This document shows, piece after piece, positions 1 through 9,201 of a DNA stretch of 34,057 nt (the first letter of the stretch is position 1; each line of letters starts with the position of its first letter). The notes under the pieces were generated by a model. The model had not been told where the DNA came from. It made no database searches and worked only from the letters and a program-made list of their open reading frames with translations. This stretch comes from Candidatus Woesearchaeota archaeon. GTDB lineage: Archaea; Nanobdellota; Nanobdellia; Pacearchaeales; GW2011-AR1. The stretch is taken from the NCBI GenBank assembly GCA_964346485.1, contig CAYFUJ010000018.1, forward strand, positions 1 through 34,057, given 5' to 3'. The translations under genes were made by a program, and so were the position numbers.

Positions 1-769
1 TCAGACCTAATCCGTTCTCATCTAACAGATCGTAATTCCACTGTATCATACCTTCCTTATTTTTAAGCACTATATCCTTGCCATAGATATCCTCTATTTC
101 TTTCGCACTCAAAGGACCAGAACCGTTTTCTCTAAATCTGATTTGAATTGGTCGCGCTTCCCCTCTTTTCAGAATGATTGGGAATGCGTGGGGCTCTATC
201 TTAAAATAAACAAATTCTGGTTCCTTATTATAAAAACTGCCATCAATAATTCCATTTCTAGTAGTAGCTGCACAACCCCCGCACCCGATTCTAGCCAAAC
301 TACTTCTCGCATCGCTAATTCCATAATAGTTGTTTGGGATCCTCAGTTTTTCCAGACTTTTTATAACATAGACATTCCCAGGTCTAAGTAAAACTTCTTC
401 TCCTTCTTTTATTTTTTTACGTTTTCTAGCATATCTTGAAATATCTTCTGGAGCTAGCGAAGTAAATTCTCCCCTCATTACAAAAAGTTCATCACCAACC
501 CTTAATTCTAAAGAAGCTCCTTGTATCTGATCTTCTTCGGGTTCAGGATCAACAACAAAACAGAAAAAAGGATTTTTTCTGGACAGGGACATATCTATAG
601 ATAATCTAGAACCCATTATACTTGTATCTGGAACTAAGTGTTTAACTGGTCTATCCTTATATTGTTCTTGAGATAAAAAAGTATCCGTCAACAATTCTGC
701 TGTTTGTCTGATTTCCTCTTCTCGACTGATAATTTTTCTTTTTAAAACATTATCACTTATAGTTGCCAT
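1..769 (-). CDS. dCTP deaminase-like protein (Dcd/dUTPase superfamily); N-terminal ~256 aa only, C-terminus is beyond the window edge
   Basis: The frame is open from the ATG at 769 to the window edge; it is absent from the ORF track because no stop falls in the window. My translation is MATISDNVLKRK...GASLELRVGDELF...LLRPGNVYVIKSLEKLRIP...ISDARSSLARIGC... These blocks resemble the Dcd blocks V-x-L-R-L-G, hPGE and GRSSLARLG. The ATG lies 2 nt after the DP2 stop, so the gene is probably co-transcribed. Confidence 0.6.
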   Translation of the reverse strand, partial: MATISDNVLKRKIISREEEIRQTAELLTDTFLSQEQYKDRPVKHLVPDTSIMGSRLSIDMSLSRKNPFFCFVVDPEPEEDQIQGASLELRVGDELFVMRGEFTSLAPEDISRYARKRKKIKEGEEVLLRPGNVYVIKSLEKLRIPNNYYGISDARSSLARIGCGGCAATTRNGIIDGSFYNKEPEFVYFKIEPHAFPIILKRGEARPIQIRFRENGSGPLSAKEIEDIYGKDIVLKNKEGMIQWNYDLLDENGLGL

Positions 770-771
770 TT

Positions 772-3700
772 TCAAAACCACTTCTCAATCGTCTCTTGTG
801 TCTCGGGCTCTTTTCCGAAAACAGAGTCGATATGCCTTTTTGTAAGCTCAAGGCTCTGTTTTATATATGAAGAAAGTTTGTATTTTTTCGCAAGTTCCAT
901 TGCTGGCTCGAGATATTTCTTTACTCCTCCTTCGTGTGTTGTAAAAATTATTTTTCCGCTGCATCTAGGACAAACTCCTGATAAAGGCGGTCTTCTCATT
1001 ATCTCGTTGCATGCCACACATCTAAATTCTTGTGTTGAGAATCTTCGAAGATTTCCCCTCATGTCTTTTATAAAATGTTTTTCAATTATGAGTCTTGCTG
1101 TTTCAGACGTATTTGCAGCACGGATTTTTTCCACAAGCTCCATCTGATGCTGAACTTTTTCTTGCATTGTAGCGAGAAGTTTATAATTTGAACAGACAAC
1201 CCCTTCATTTATATTTGAAGTAGAGTGGGTATAACCATAATTTATAAAAGGATCCTTCCCTTCTTTTAAAATTGTCCTTACATCGCACATCTTTATTTCT
1301 GATGAGTGTTTTCTCTGCTCAGCTTTTCGATAAAGCTCGAGAGGGTACTCGTTTACAAGTCCAAAATCAAGAATTTGGTCATCGACCTCTCCTGCATTAA
1401 TTCTTGCATTTAAAACCAAAGGGGCATCTTGGGTTCCTCCTCTATGGCTAGGCAAAAACTCTTTTGAAAAATTTAAAAGAACATCTCCTAAAAGCATCAG
1501 CGCGGCTTCGTCTCCATCGCAATCTCTTCTTATTGCAGCATGCATGTACGGGCTTGCAAACAAACCCAAGACATTTGAAAAACCAATGATTCTGCAGACG
1601 ACTCCTGCACAATTATGTGGCGCCATGACTACTCCTAATTTTCCCACGAGATCCTCTCTTTTTTTAACATTATAAAAAGGCCTCATACCATAAAATCTTA
1701 TGAGTAACTCATCGATAAAATTACAGATCTTGATAAAAACCCTGTCTGCTCTTTCAGGAGATTCTGGAGAACTGGGAAGAAGAACATCATGGGGTTTTAA
1801 TTCCAAAATCTGCTCATCGTTAATAAGTTCTTTTCCAAAAACATCATGAATATAACCTATCTCTTTTAGTTTTTCTATACTTACAGAAATTTCTTTTGGT
1901 TTAAAAGACATGAGAGGCATTTCTGTTGCATCAAATCTTATCGTCCCATCTTTGTTTACCTGCAAATCAAACAAAGCCCTTAAAACCCCTTTTACAAGAT
2001 GCTCCATCACGTGATTCTCAGAACTCGTTCCTCTTACTCCTTTTATTAACGGGGGAATTTCGTCATTTGAAAAGCCGAGTTTTTCTTTTACCTTTTCCAT
2101 ATAATGGGTTATTTCAATCGGTCTGTTATAATATAGTCTAGAGCCTTGGTGCTTCTCACAAATCTTAAAACTGGTTTCCCCGCATTCAGAACAGTAAAAC
2201 ATTTTTTTGCATTTTTTTTCACAGTTCTCACAAATAGGAAAAATTGTTTCGTGTTTGCAGTTTTCACAATAATAAATCGGGAAATCCCCAGTCACCCTTC
2301 CAACTTCACAGGCTGCCTGAACACTTCTCAACCTTCCTCCTTCTCGTCCAACCGGAAACAAAACATTTGGACTTCCTGTAAGCTTTCTCAATTTTGCTTT
2401 TTCAGGCCTGCCCATCCTCGCCCCGATAAAATCTCCTGCTTTGTCTTTTATTTCAAATTCAGAAACAGAATTTATCAAAGAAAGAATTGATTCTTCTTTG
2501 ATTTCTTTTATCTTTGATTCTAATTCAGAAATAATATCTTTTAACATCACCCCTCCTTTATCTAATATTTCCAGGTCAATACCAAGATTGGCGAATAATG
2601 CCTTGCTGTTCTTAAGATTGATCACAATATTTTCAATTATAACATCATGCTCAACACCAAGAATCTCAAGTGCTCTTTTTCCTGATTTAAATTTTTCACG
2701 CTCTGTTTTTGCGTGAGGAAGGATGATTTTTTTGTTGGCTCTAGCAGATTTCAGCCAAGAGACCAATCCTTCAAATTGTTTTTTAGATATCTGGCTCCAG
2801 TAGAAAATATATTGTGGATGGAAAGGGATTTTTTCTTCCCTGCTTATCTTTACTGCTTCTTCAAAATCAATATTAAAACAATTTGTGTCTTTTTCAAGAC
2901 CAGGATTTTTCTCTCTTAATTCGAGTTTCCAGATTTCCTCTACATAGCCTGGCTTAATGAGATATGCATTTCTATTGGCCACGTCACTAAAAGGAAAAAG
3001 TAAATCTCCTAAATAAATTATTTCTTCAATATCTTTGTAAATTTTCTTTGCTTCTTCCCTTGTTTGAATTTTTTTCACGCTTCCGTTAAACAATTTTACT
3101 ATCGGCCCGTCAATAGAATCGCACGAAGTAACTATGCATCCTTTTGTTGGTTTTTCTATTTTAAGTTGGGTTCCTATTGCAATAAACCCGTCTGTAATTT
3201 CCATGGTGGCGGGATGTATGGCTGCTGCGCTAAATCCAGAACTTCTTCCTCTTCCATATCGGAATCGAAATGCACCTGATTCAGAAGGATGTCCTAAAAT
3301 TGGTCTCCCTGCAACAAGATCTTGTATATATGTCGGAGATTCTTCTGCCTCCCCAAGATCTCTTTTTTCATGAAGTTGAATATATCCTTCAAGAAAATCA
3401 AACCCGTGTGATTCAAGACCTTTTTCTTTCATTTTATTCAGCAATCTTAAACCTTTTGCAGCTTTCTGCGCAAGCCCTTCGGAAAAAATAAGGCACATTC
3501 CTCCACGAATATAATTTGTTTTAATCCTATCCAAGTTTTTATGGTTTGAAACCTCTAAATGAGCGGTAGGATCACCGTCAATCTGAATAGGAAGATTTTC
3601 TGCGAGAAAAGTTATCTCTTCTTTTGTCGGCATATACTGGAGATTGGAGATTCTATCATGATAATCTTGGTTCTCTGTGACATATCTCTTAACCTCTTCA

Positions 3701-4242
3701 GGAGTTGGATCATATTTTGCATATCCAAAAAGTTCTCTTAGATAATCTATTATCATTAAGGCAAGGCAGGATGCTGTAGTCCCAGCAGCCCTTATCGGCC
3801 CTGAAAAATAAGCGATAAAATAATCTTTTCCATCTCTCGTCTTTCCAAGCCGAAGTCCTGTAAATCCCTCGATAGGAGAAGAGACAACTCCTAGAGTTAT
3901 ATATGCAAACCCAACTCTCACTCCTGCTTCTATAGCTTCGAGCAAGCTTGAAAATTTGCAGAATTTCTGTTTTGCAACTTCCTCGGCGATTTTAAAAGAA
4001 ACCATTGGATCAAGTTTTCCGTGTTCTTTTTCAAGCTCGAGAATTCTTTCAGTTACCCCTGAACCTTCTATCTGAGGATAAACTGTGGAAATAAGCCCGA
4101 CAACTTTCTCAGCAAGACTTCGTGCAAGAGGAATCTCTACTTTTGAAACAGGATCAAACCCTTTGCTCTTAGCTTCTTCTGCAATTGCATAGACTTTTTT
4201 CGTCTCGTTTTCTATCAGTTTAAAATATTGTTGGGTTTTCAT
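772..4242 (-). CDS. polC: DNA polymerase II (PolD) large catalytic subunit DP2
   Basis: 1156-aa ORF of the length and layout typical of archaeal DP2. It has Cys-rich zinc modules (CENCKHETIFPICENCEKKC..CSECG and CVACNEIMRRPPLSGVCPRCSGK). It sits in the cdc6-DP1-DP2 arrangement known from other archaea. Confidence 0.95.
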   Translation of the reverse strand: MKTQQYFKLIENETKKVYAIAEEAKSKGFDPVSKVEIPLARSLAEKVVGLISTVYPQIEGSGVTERILELEKEHGKLDPMVSFKIAEEVAKQKFCKFSSLLEAIEAGVRVGFAYITLGVVSSPIEGFTGLRLGKTRDGKDYFIAYFSGPIRAAGTTASCLALMIIDYLRELFGYAKYDPTPEEVKRYVTENQDYHDRISNLQYMPTKEEITFLAENLPIQIDGDPTAHLEVSNHKNLDRIKTNYIRGGMCLIFSEGLAQKAAKGLRLLNKMKEKGLESHGFDFLEGYIQLHEKRDLGEAEESPTYIQDLVAGRPILGHPSESGAFRFRYGRGRSSGFSAAAIHPATMEITDGFIAIGTQLKIEKPTKGCIVTSCDSIDGPIVKLFNGSVKKIQTREEAKKIYKDIEEIIYLGDLLFPFSDVANRNAYLIKPGYVEEIWKLELREKNPGLEKDTNCFNIDFEEAVKISREEKIPFHPQYIFYWSQISKKQFEGLVSWLKSARANKKIILPHAKTEREKFKSGKRALEILGVEHDVIIENIVINLKNSKALFANLGIDLEILDKGGVMLKDIISELESKIKEIKEESILSLINSVSEFEIKDKAGDFIGARMGRPEKAKLRKLTGSPNVLFPVGREGGRLRSVQAACEVGRVTGDFPIYYCENCKHETIFPICENCEKKCKKMFYCSECGETSFKICEKHQGSRLYYNRPIEITHYMEKVKEKLGFSNDEIPPLIKGVRGTSSENHVMEHLVKGVLRALFDLQVNKDGTIRFDATEMPLMSFKPKEISVSIEKLKEIGYIHDVFGKELINDEQILELKPHDVLLPSSPESPERADRVFIKICNFIDELLIRFYGMRPFYNVKKREDLVGKLGVVMAPHNCAGVVCRIIGFSNVLGLFASPYMHAAIRRDCDGDEAALMLLGDVLLNFSKEFLPSHRGGTQDAPLVLNARINAGEVDDQILDFGLVNEYPLELYRKAEQRKHSSEIKMCDVRTILKEGKDPFINYGYTHSTSNINEGVVCSNYKLLATMQEKVQHQMELVEKIRAANTSETARLIIEKHFIKDMRGNLRRFSTQEFRCVACNEIMRRPPLSGVCPRCSGKIIFTTHEGGVKKYLEPAMELAKKYKLSSYIKQSLELTKRHIDSVFGKEPETQETIEKWF

Positions 4243-4325
4243 TTTATTGGAATTATCAAAAATTTTTCCTTGGTTAAAGCATGTTTTTTTTCTTTTTCTA
4301 AGGTTTCTTTATATTTTTCTGAAAA

Positions 4326-5222
4326 TTAAGATAAACGAATAATTTTTCCATTATAGAAAAATTCAGGGTCAACATATCTAAATTTTTTTTGTAAAACGAT
4401 TCCTTCTTTATTTATTTTTTTCAAATAAAAACCGTTTCTAAGAAGGTTTAATCCCGACAATATTTCTTTATGGTTGCTTTTGTTTAATACCCTAAGTATT
4501 TCTTTATCTGTTTTCATCATATCTTCAATAGAAATTATTTTTTCTTCTATGGCTTTCCTTAAAAGATCTGCTAAAATATGAAAACGGGCTTTTGCTTCTT
4601 CTCCTGCCCAATGTTTTTTATTTAGTTTGACATAGTATTTTGCGAATAACTTTGCGGTTTCAATAGAACTTAAAATTATTTTCCCGTTAACATTTTTTAA
4701 ATCTTTTAAAATTTTTTCTGCATCTTGTTGGCTGTGTAAAAATTTAATTTCTCTTAAGGTATAATCAACCCTATCAGCACAAAGAAAAGGAGCCGGTTGT
4801 TCTAATAAAGAATAATTTTTTGAATCAGCTATTCTTTTATAATCAAATTCGTACTTCTTAAGAATATTTTTAATTTTAGTTTCTTCAAATGTTTTTAAAA
4901 GGGTCTTATCTTGGTGGTCTTCTTTTGTAGGGTCTCCTATAACCCAATCTATAACATGAGAAAATGCTGTATGTGAAATATCATGTAAAAGCCCTGCAAT
5001 TTGTTCTTCCAAATTAGCACCCAATTTTTTAAGAAGAATCATGGTCCCGATAGAATGTTCAAATCTCGAAAAAGTTGGAAGGTGATAATATTCCTCAGGC
5101 ATACCAAATTGGGAAACTTCCTTTAATCTCTGGATTGCCTTAGAATTGATTAAACGTATTAAAACCTGCTCTTTTATTTTTTCTTTTCCATAAAGTCTAT
5201 CTTCAATTATCATTTTATTCAA
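4326..5222 (-). CDS. HD-domain phosphohydrolase, SAMHD1/EF1143-like (COG1078-type) putative dNTP triphosphohydrolase
   Basis: 298 aa. The motifs SRFEHSIGTMIL...GLLHDISHTAFSHVIDW...CADRVDYTLRE match the RFEHSLG / LLHDxGHxPFSH / DRxDY pattern of the COG1078 HD family. Its start overlaps the DP1 stop by 8 nt. Confidence 0.7.
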   Translation of the reverse strand: MNKMIIEDRLYGKEKIKEQVLIRLINSKAIQRLKEVSQFGMPEEYYHLPTFSRFEHSIGTMILLKKLGANLEEQIAGLLHDISHTAFSHVIDWVIGDPTKEDHQDKTLLKTFEETKIKNILKKYEFDYKRIADSKNYSLLEQPAPFLCADRVDYTLREIKFLHSQQDAEKILKDLKNVNGKIILSSIETAKLFAKYYVKLNKKHWAGEEAKARFHILADLLRKAIEEKIISIEDMMKTDKEILRVLNKSNHKEILSGLNLLRNGFYLKKINKEGIVLQKKFRYVDPEFFYNGKIIRLS

Positions 5223-6810
5223 AATCCAAAATTTTAATTTGTCTTGTTTTTAGGTTGAACATCGGCACCTTGCAGAAATCTGGCTGGTTTCCTTTTCTTC
5301 TTTGATACTCTGTTTCCTTTTCCCATGAAGCTGTTGAAATTAAAAGTATATTGTTATAAGAAGATACAGCACATTTATGAGTATGGGCTGAAACAAAAAT
5401 ATCAGGAACCTTTTTTATTAAAAGCCCATCTTTTTCAAAAGGAAAATATTGGACAGAGGTATGTGTGGGTGCAAGATGACGGTTTTTCAAAAGATAAGCC
5501 ATTACCTTCTCAGGAGCATCGAGTCCTTTTTCAATTAAGCTAGGCATGGTGTTTGCGTAAAAGAAATAAGAGACCCCGTGATAAGTCAAAACATCAAACC
5601 CTGAAAAATTCTTTTTTGTCCCAATATTAACGTAAGCAGGATTTCCTGTCACAACGACATTTTTCAGATTATAGAGGGGCCACGCATATTTTTCATCTAA
5701 AACTGGCTGAGGCTCTAAAAGTCTTACTCCGTCGTGATTTCCTGGGGAAATAATTATCTTAATATCATTTCTTATTTTTCCTAAAAGTCCTGCAAGACCC
5801 TGAAATTGCTCCTCGATATCTTCTATCTTCAGGTCTTTTTGTTGTGCTGGATAGTTTCCAACACCTGAAACAATATCTCCTATTAAAAAAAGATATTTTA
5901 TTTTTTTAATTTCTCTCGCCTCTTTTGCATCAGGAGTTTTACCATTGAGATAATCTATAAATTTGAGGAAATTTTTTTCCAGAAAAAGCTTGCTTCCATA
6001 GTGGAGGTCTCCTATGAACAAAGCATATTCCTCAACAGGAGAATTTTTTTTCTCTAAAACAACAACATCCGGAAAAACAAGGTTGCTTGCAAAAAATATT
6101 TCTCTGTCTCCAAACCCGGTAAAGCCGATTACAGAGTCAAGGGTTAGTTCTTCCGCCTTTTTATAGAGCTCTGGTTTGTTCTGGTTAATCAAGACTCTTG
6201 TTCTTCCTGTCAGGTCCTCTATTTCAAGTAAAATATTTTTGTTCTTTGTGACTCTTTTCTCTGAAATTATTCCGATTATAGAAACCCTCTCCCTCCTTTG
6301 GGAAAGTTTGTTTATGGAAACAAGGTTGTCGAGCTCCTGGTGCTCTTGTAAAATATTTTTCGTTTCATAAAATCTGTTTCTTAAAGTTTTGATGAAATCA
6401 TCAATTTCTATCTTTTTTTTAAAAGAAGGAGTCTTCGAGAGAATTCTTACGTCTTTACTCAGCCCTTCTTCAAGATCTTTCTCTTCTTGCCGTTCCAGAA
6501 TTTCTTTCTCATACGTTTTTTCTGAAGAAACTTCTTTGGAGATTTCAATCTGGAGCCCTAAATTAATTTTTAATTTTTCCAGTTTCTTTTGTTTTTCTTT
6601 GGGAAGCGTCAGGAAAAATTCATTCACCTGCTCTCTATTCTGCTCAAAAAAATTCTTTGTTATAAATCTTTTTTGAGTGTGGTCTTTTAATTTTTCAATA
6701 ATGAGTTTGACAGCTTCAATATCGTTTGCTTCAGTAAGAAGGTTGTGGGTTTCCACATCTATAAGAAAACCTTTATCGATGCAAAATTTGAGAATTTCCT
6801 TTGGATCCAT
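5215..6810 (-). CDS. polB: DNA polymerase II (PolD) small subunit DP1 (3'-5' exonuclease)
   Basis: 531 aa. The C-terminal half carries calcineurin-like phosphoesterase motifs (FIGDLHYGS, IGDIVSGVG, SPGNHD, YHGVS, SAHTH). It lies between cdc6 and DP2. Confidence 0.9.
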   Translation of the reverse strand: MDPKEILKFCIDKGFLIDVETHNLLTEANDIEAVKLIIEKLKDHTQKRFITKNFFEQNREQVNEFFLTLPKEKQKKLEKLKINLGLQIEISKEVSSEKTYEKEILERQEEKDLEEGLSKDVRILSKTPSFKKKIEIDDFIKTLRNRFYETKNILQEHQELDNLVSINKLSQRRERVSIIGIISEKRVTKNKNILLEIEDLTGRTRVLINQNKPELYKKAEELTLDSVIGFTGFGDREIFFASNLVFPDVVVLEKKNSPVEEYALFIGDLHYGSKLFLEKNFLKFIDYLNGKTPDAKEAREIKKIKYLFLIGDIVSGVGNYPAQQKDLKIEDIEEQFQGLAGLLGKIRNDIKIIISPGNHDGVRLLEPQPVLDEKYAWPLYNLKNVVVTGNPAYVNIGTKKNFSGFDVLTYHGVSYFFYANTMPSLIEKGLDAPEKVMAYLLKNRHLAPTHTSVQYFPFEKDGLLIKKVPDIFVSAHTHKCAVSSYNNILLISTASWEKETEYQRRKGNQPDFCKVPMFNLKTRQIKILDFE

Positions 6811-6825
6811 TTTAATAAGTTTTAA

Positions 6826-8037
6826 TTATTTATAATTCAAAGATTCTTCAATAATTTCTTTTGCTTTTTCAACTATGGGTTTTGCAATTGCAAGCCTTAT
6901 TTCTCTCATTCTTCCCCCTCTGCCTTTTGAAATAACTCTTACGTTAATAATGCCGAGCATGTCAAATTCTTGGATAATGTCTCCAACCCTTCTCTGTGTA
7001 AGAACTTCTGATTTGTTTTTCAGACAAACATCTTGATAATAATTGTAAACGTCTCCTGTGAAAAGTGGTTCTTTTTTGTTTTTCTCTGTAAGATTGATTA
7101 TAGAATAAAGAACGTACTGGAACTGCTTTGGCTCTGTTCTTATCACATCGAGGATTTTGTCTCTTTCAATTTTCGTGTTTGCTTCGTCTATGTGACTAAG
7201 ACGAATTCTTTTAGAACCGTCTCTTTCTGCAAGTTCTCCTGCAATTCTTAAAAGATCGAGTGCTCTTCTTGCATCTCCATGTTCTCTCGCAGCAAAGGCA
7301 GCACACTTTTGTATAACCCCCTCTTGAACAATATTCTCCTTAAACGCGAGTTTTGCCCTATTACTTAAAATTTCTTGAAGTTGCAGCGCATTATAAGGGG
7401 GAAAAACTATTTCTTCCTCAGATAGAGAACTTCTCACCCTAGGATCCACACCTTCTAAGAAAGCCAGATCATTGCTTATTCCGACGATTCCTATCTGTGT
7501 TTTTGAAAGTTCTGAATTGAGTCTTATTAAATTATAAAGGAAGTCGCTCGAGATTTTTTTGATGGCCTGGTCAATTTCATCAAGTATCAAGATGAGATTT
7601 TGTTTTTCAGAGTCAATAAGTTCTATAAATTTATTGTAAACTGCTTCTGTAGGAAGTCCTGTGTCAGGAACTCTTCCACCGAGTTTTTTTATGAGCTCTG
7701 CTAGAATCCGATATTCTGTATCTGAAATTTTTTTTAATTTGCAATTGAGATATTCGATTTTTAACTGAAAGTCATTGTCCTTTCTCGCTCTTTTTAAAAG
7801 TTCATCTTTGATATATAAAACAGAAAGAGTTTTTCCTGTTCCTGTTTTGCCATAAAGAAAAATATTACTCGTTCTCTCTCCTCTTAAGACAGGAGCGAGA
7901 ATTGAAGCAACTTGTTTAATTTGCTCTCCTCGATGCGGAATTTCGATAGGTCTATAATTTGAATGTAGAATGGCTTTGTCTTTAAAAATTCTGTTGCCAT
8001 CAAAAGATCCAAAAATTTTGTCTAACTCTCCTTTCAT
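6826..8037 (-). CDS. cdc6: Orc1/Cdc6 replication initiator (AAA+ ATPase with C-terminal winged helix)
   Basis: 403 aa. Walker A is YGKTGTGKT and Walker B is ILILDEID, followed by the sensor region and GDARRALDLLR. It abuts an ORB-containing intergenic region. Confidence 0.93.
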   Translation of the reverse strand: MKGELDKIFGSFDGNRIFKDKAILHSNYRPIEIPHRGEQIKQVASILAPVLRGERTSNIFLYGKTGTGKTLSVLYIKDELLKRARKDNDFQLKIEYLNCKLKKISDTEYRILAELIKKLGGRVPDTGLPTEAVYNKFIELIDSEKQNLILILDEIDQAIKKISSDFLYNLIRLNSELSKTQIGIVGISNDLAFLEGVDPRVRSSLSEEEIVFPPYNALQLQEILSNRAKLAFKENIVQEGVIQKCAAFAAREHGDARRALDLLRIAGELAERDGSKRIRLSHIDEANTKIERDKILDVIRTEPKQFQYVLYSIINLTEKNKKEPLFTGDVYNYYQDVCLKNKSEVLTQRRVGDIIQEFDMLGIINVRVISKGRGGRMREIRLAIAKPIVEKAKEIIEESLNYK

Positions 8038-8109
8038 TTTGATTTATATTTTATTAGGTATTTAAATTTGGTCTTGGTTTAATTTGTTCTTTTGTTAAAA
8101 CTCAAAAAA

Positions 8110-8357
8110 CTCACACGTTTATTTCTTGTGGAACTTTTTTTCAATTGGAAATAACTATCGGGAAAATTTTATTTCTTATATAAAAACTTATAACTACTTC
8201 TAAAGAAAAACACCTGAATTTCCTGTGGAACTTATGTATCGAAATAATAGAAATATATAATATATACTCTATAATATAAATTTTTAAAAATAAATTAAAA
8301 AATTAAAAAATTAAAAATTCTTTTTTAAATATTTCTACGAGAAATAAGGGGGTGGGG
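8110..8357. other. Predicted chromosomal replication origin (oriC): three ORB boxes flanking an A/T-only DUE
   Basis: ORB1 is 8110-8134 and ORB2 is 8209-8231. Read on the minus strand they are GTTCCACAAGAAATAAACGTGTGAG and GTTCCACAGGAAATTCAGGTGTT. ORB3 is 8331-8357 on the plus strand (ATTTCTACGAGAAATAAGGGGGTGGGG, with a G-string). The first two are inverted relative to the third and sit around the almost pure A/T stretch 8241-8330, which includes (AATTAAAA)x3. The region is directly upstream of cdc6. Confidence 0.75.
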
Positions 8358-8430
8358 AAACGAGGTATTGACTGCAAAATCTATTTAGTTTTACAGAAAA
8401 GTTTATATATTATTTTCTTTTAATTTTGTT

Positions 8431-8691
8431 ATGCAAGAAGATAAAAACCCTTTCAACGCCATTCTTGGAAAGATGATAGTAACTAAAGAAGGTAAGAGAC
8501 TTGGTTTTGTCAAAGATATAACTTTTGAGACAAAATCAGGAGAGTTGATCAATATAGTTGTCAAGGATGCAACACCATATATAAAAAATCTCAATCTTGA
8601 AAAAACAGGCTCGAAAGAAATGCTTATTCCATATAGTGCAATCATCGCGATAGGTGATTTCGTCATTGTTTCTGAAGAAGACCTGATTTAA
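8431..8691 (+). CDS. PRC-barrel domain protein
   Basis: 86 aa. The pattern ILGKMIVTKEGKRLGFVKDITFETKSGELINIVV...LIPYSAIIAIGDFVIV is the typical PRC-barrel pattern (G-x-V-x-D..G..lG.V.Dl.fd...g.i..lvv....ip...v..ig). The antisense ORF 8403-8666 is judged spurious. Confidence 0.7.
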   Translation: MQEDKNPFNAILGKMIVTKEGKRLGFVKDITFETKSGELINIVVKDATPYIKNLNLEKTGSKEMLIPYSAIIAIGDFVIVSEEDLI

Positions 8692-8747
8692 GAACTGATT
8701 CAAATTAACAAACAAATATTTAAAAACACCTTTTTTATTAAAATATT

Positions 8748-9167
8748 ATGAAGATTATTGGTTTTAATTTTACAAAAATAAGTGCGGAGAGGCTCAAAGA
8801 TACCCTTGGACCTTCAGAACAATTGAAGGTTAACACACAGATAGATGTTCCTGAGCTAAAAGAGATTAAACCAGACATTTTAAGAACAAAAGAAGAAATT
8901 CTTACAATAAAATTTACTTTTGGAGTTAACTATAATCCTGATTTTGCAAGAATAGAGCTCGAGGGAAAAATTCTTATGGCTCTTGAGCCCAAAATAGCCA
9001 AGGACGTTCTTAAGCAATGGAAGAAAAAGAAAATGCCAGAAGACTTCAGAATTCTTTTATTCAACACTATTCTGAAAAGATCTTCTTTAAAAGCACTCGG
9101 CCTTGAGGAAGAGCTCAACCTTCCCTTACACATGCCAATGCCTACTTTCAGAAGAGAGAAAAAATAA
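8748..9167 (+). CDS. Hypothetical protein (139 aa), unknown family
   Basis: Clean ORF with a TATA-like box upstream and no TM segment. There is a weak by-eye resemblance of its C-terminal third to SecB-type chaperones, which is not enough for a call. Confidence 0.45.
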   Translation: MKIIGFNFTKISAERLKDTLGPSEQLKVNTQIDVPELKEIKPDILRTKEEILTIKFTFGVNYNPDFARIELEGKILMALEPKIAKDVLKQWKKKKMPEDFRILLFNTILKRSSLKALGLEEELNLPLHMPMPTFRREKK

Positions 9168-9201
9168 GAAAATAATTAAAACCCTTTGACTAATTCTCTT
9201 T

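Noticed and set aside
878-3741. Ten plus-strand track ORFs (60-114 aa) lying inside the DP2 gene; similar antisense ORFs lie inside DP1, cdc6, cstA, the surface protein and the r-protein genes
   Set aside because: All are antisense to long, clearly recognisable genes and translate to low-complexity Phe/Ser/Leu/Ile-rich strings. These are typical shadow ORFs in A/T-rich DNA.
8403-8666. 87-aa minus-strand ORF overlapping the PRC-barrel gene
   Set aside because: The plus-strand frame gives a recognisable PRC-barrel pattern. The minus frame has no features and would start inside the oriC-proximal region.
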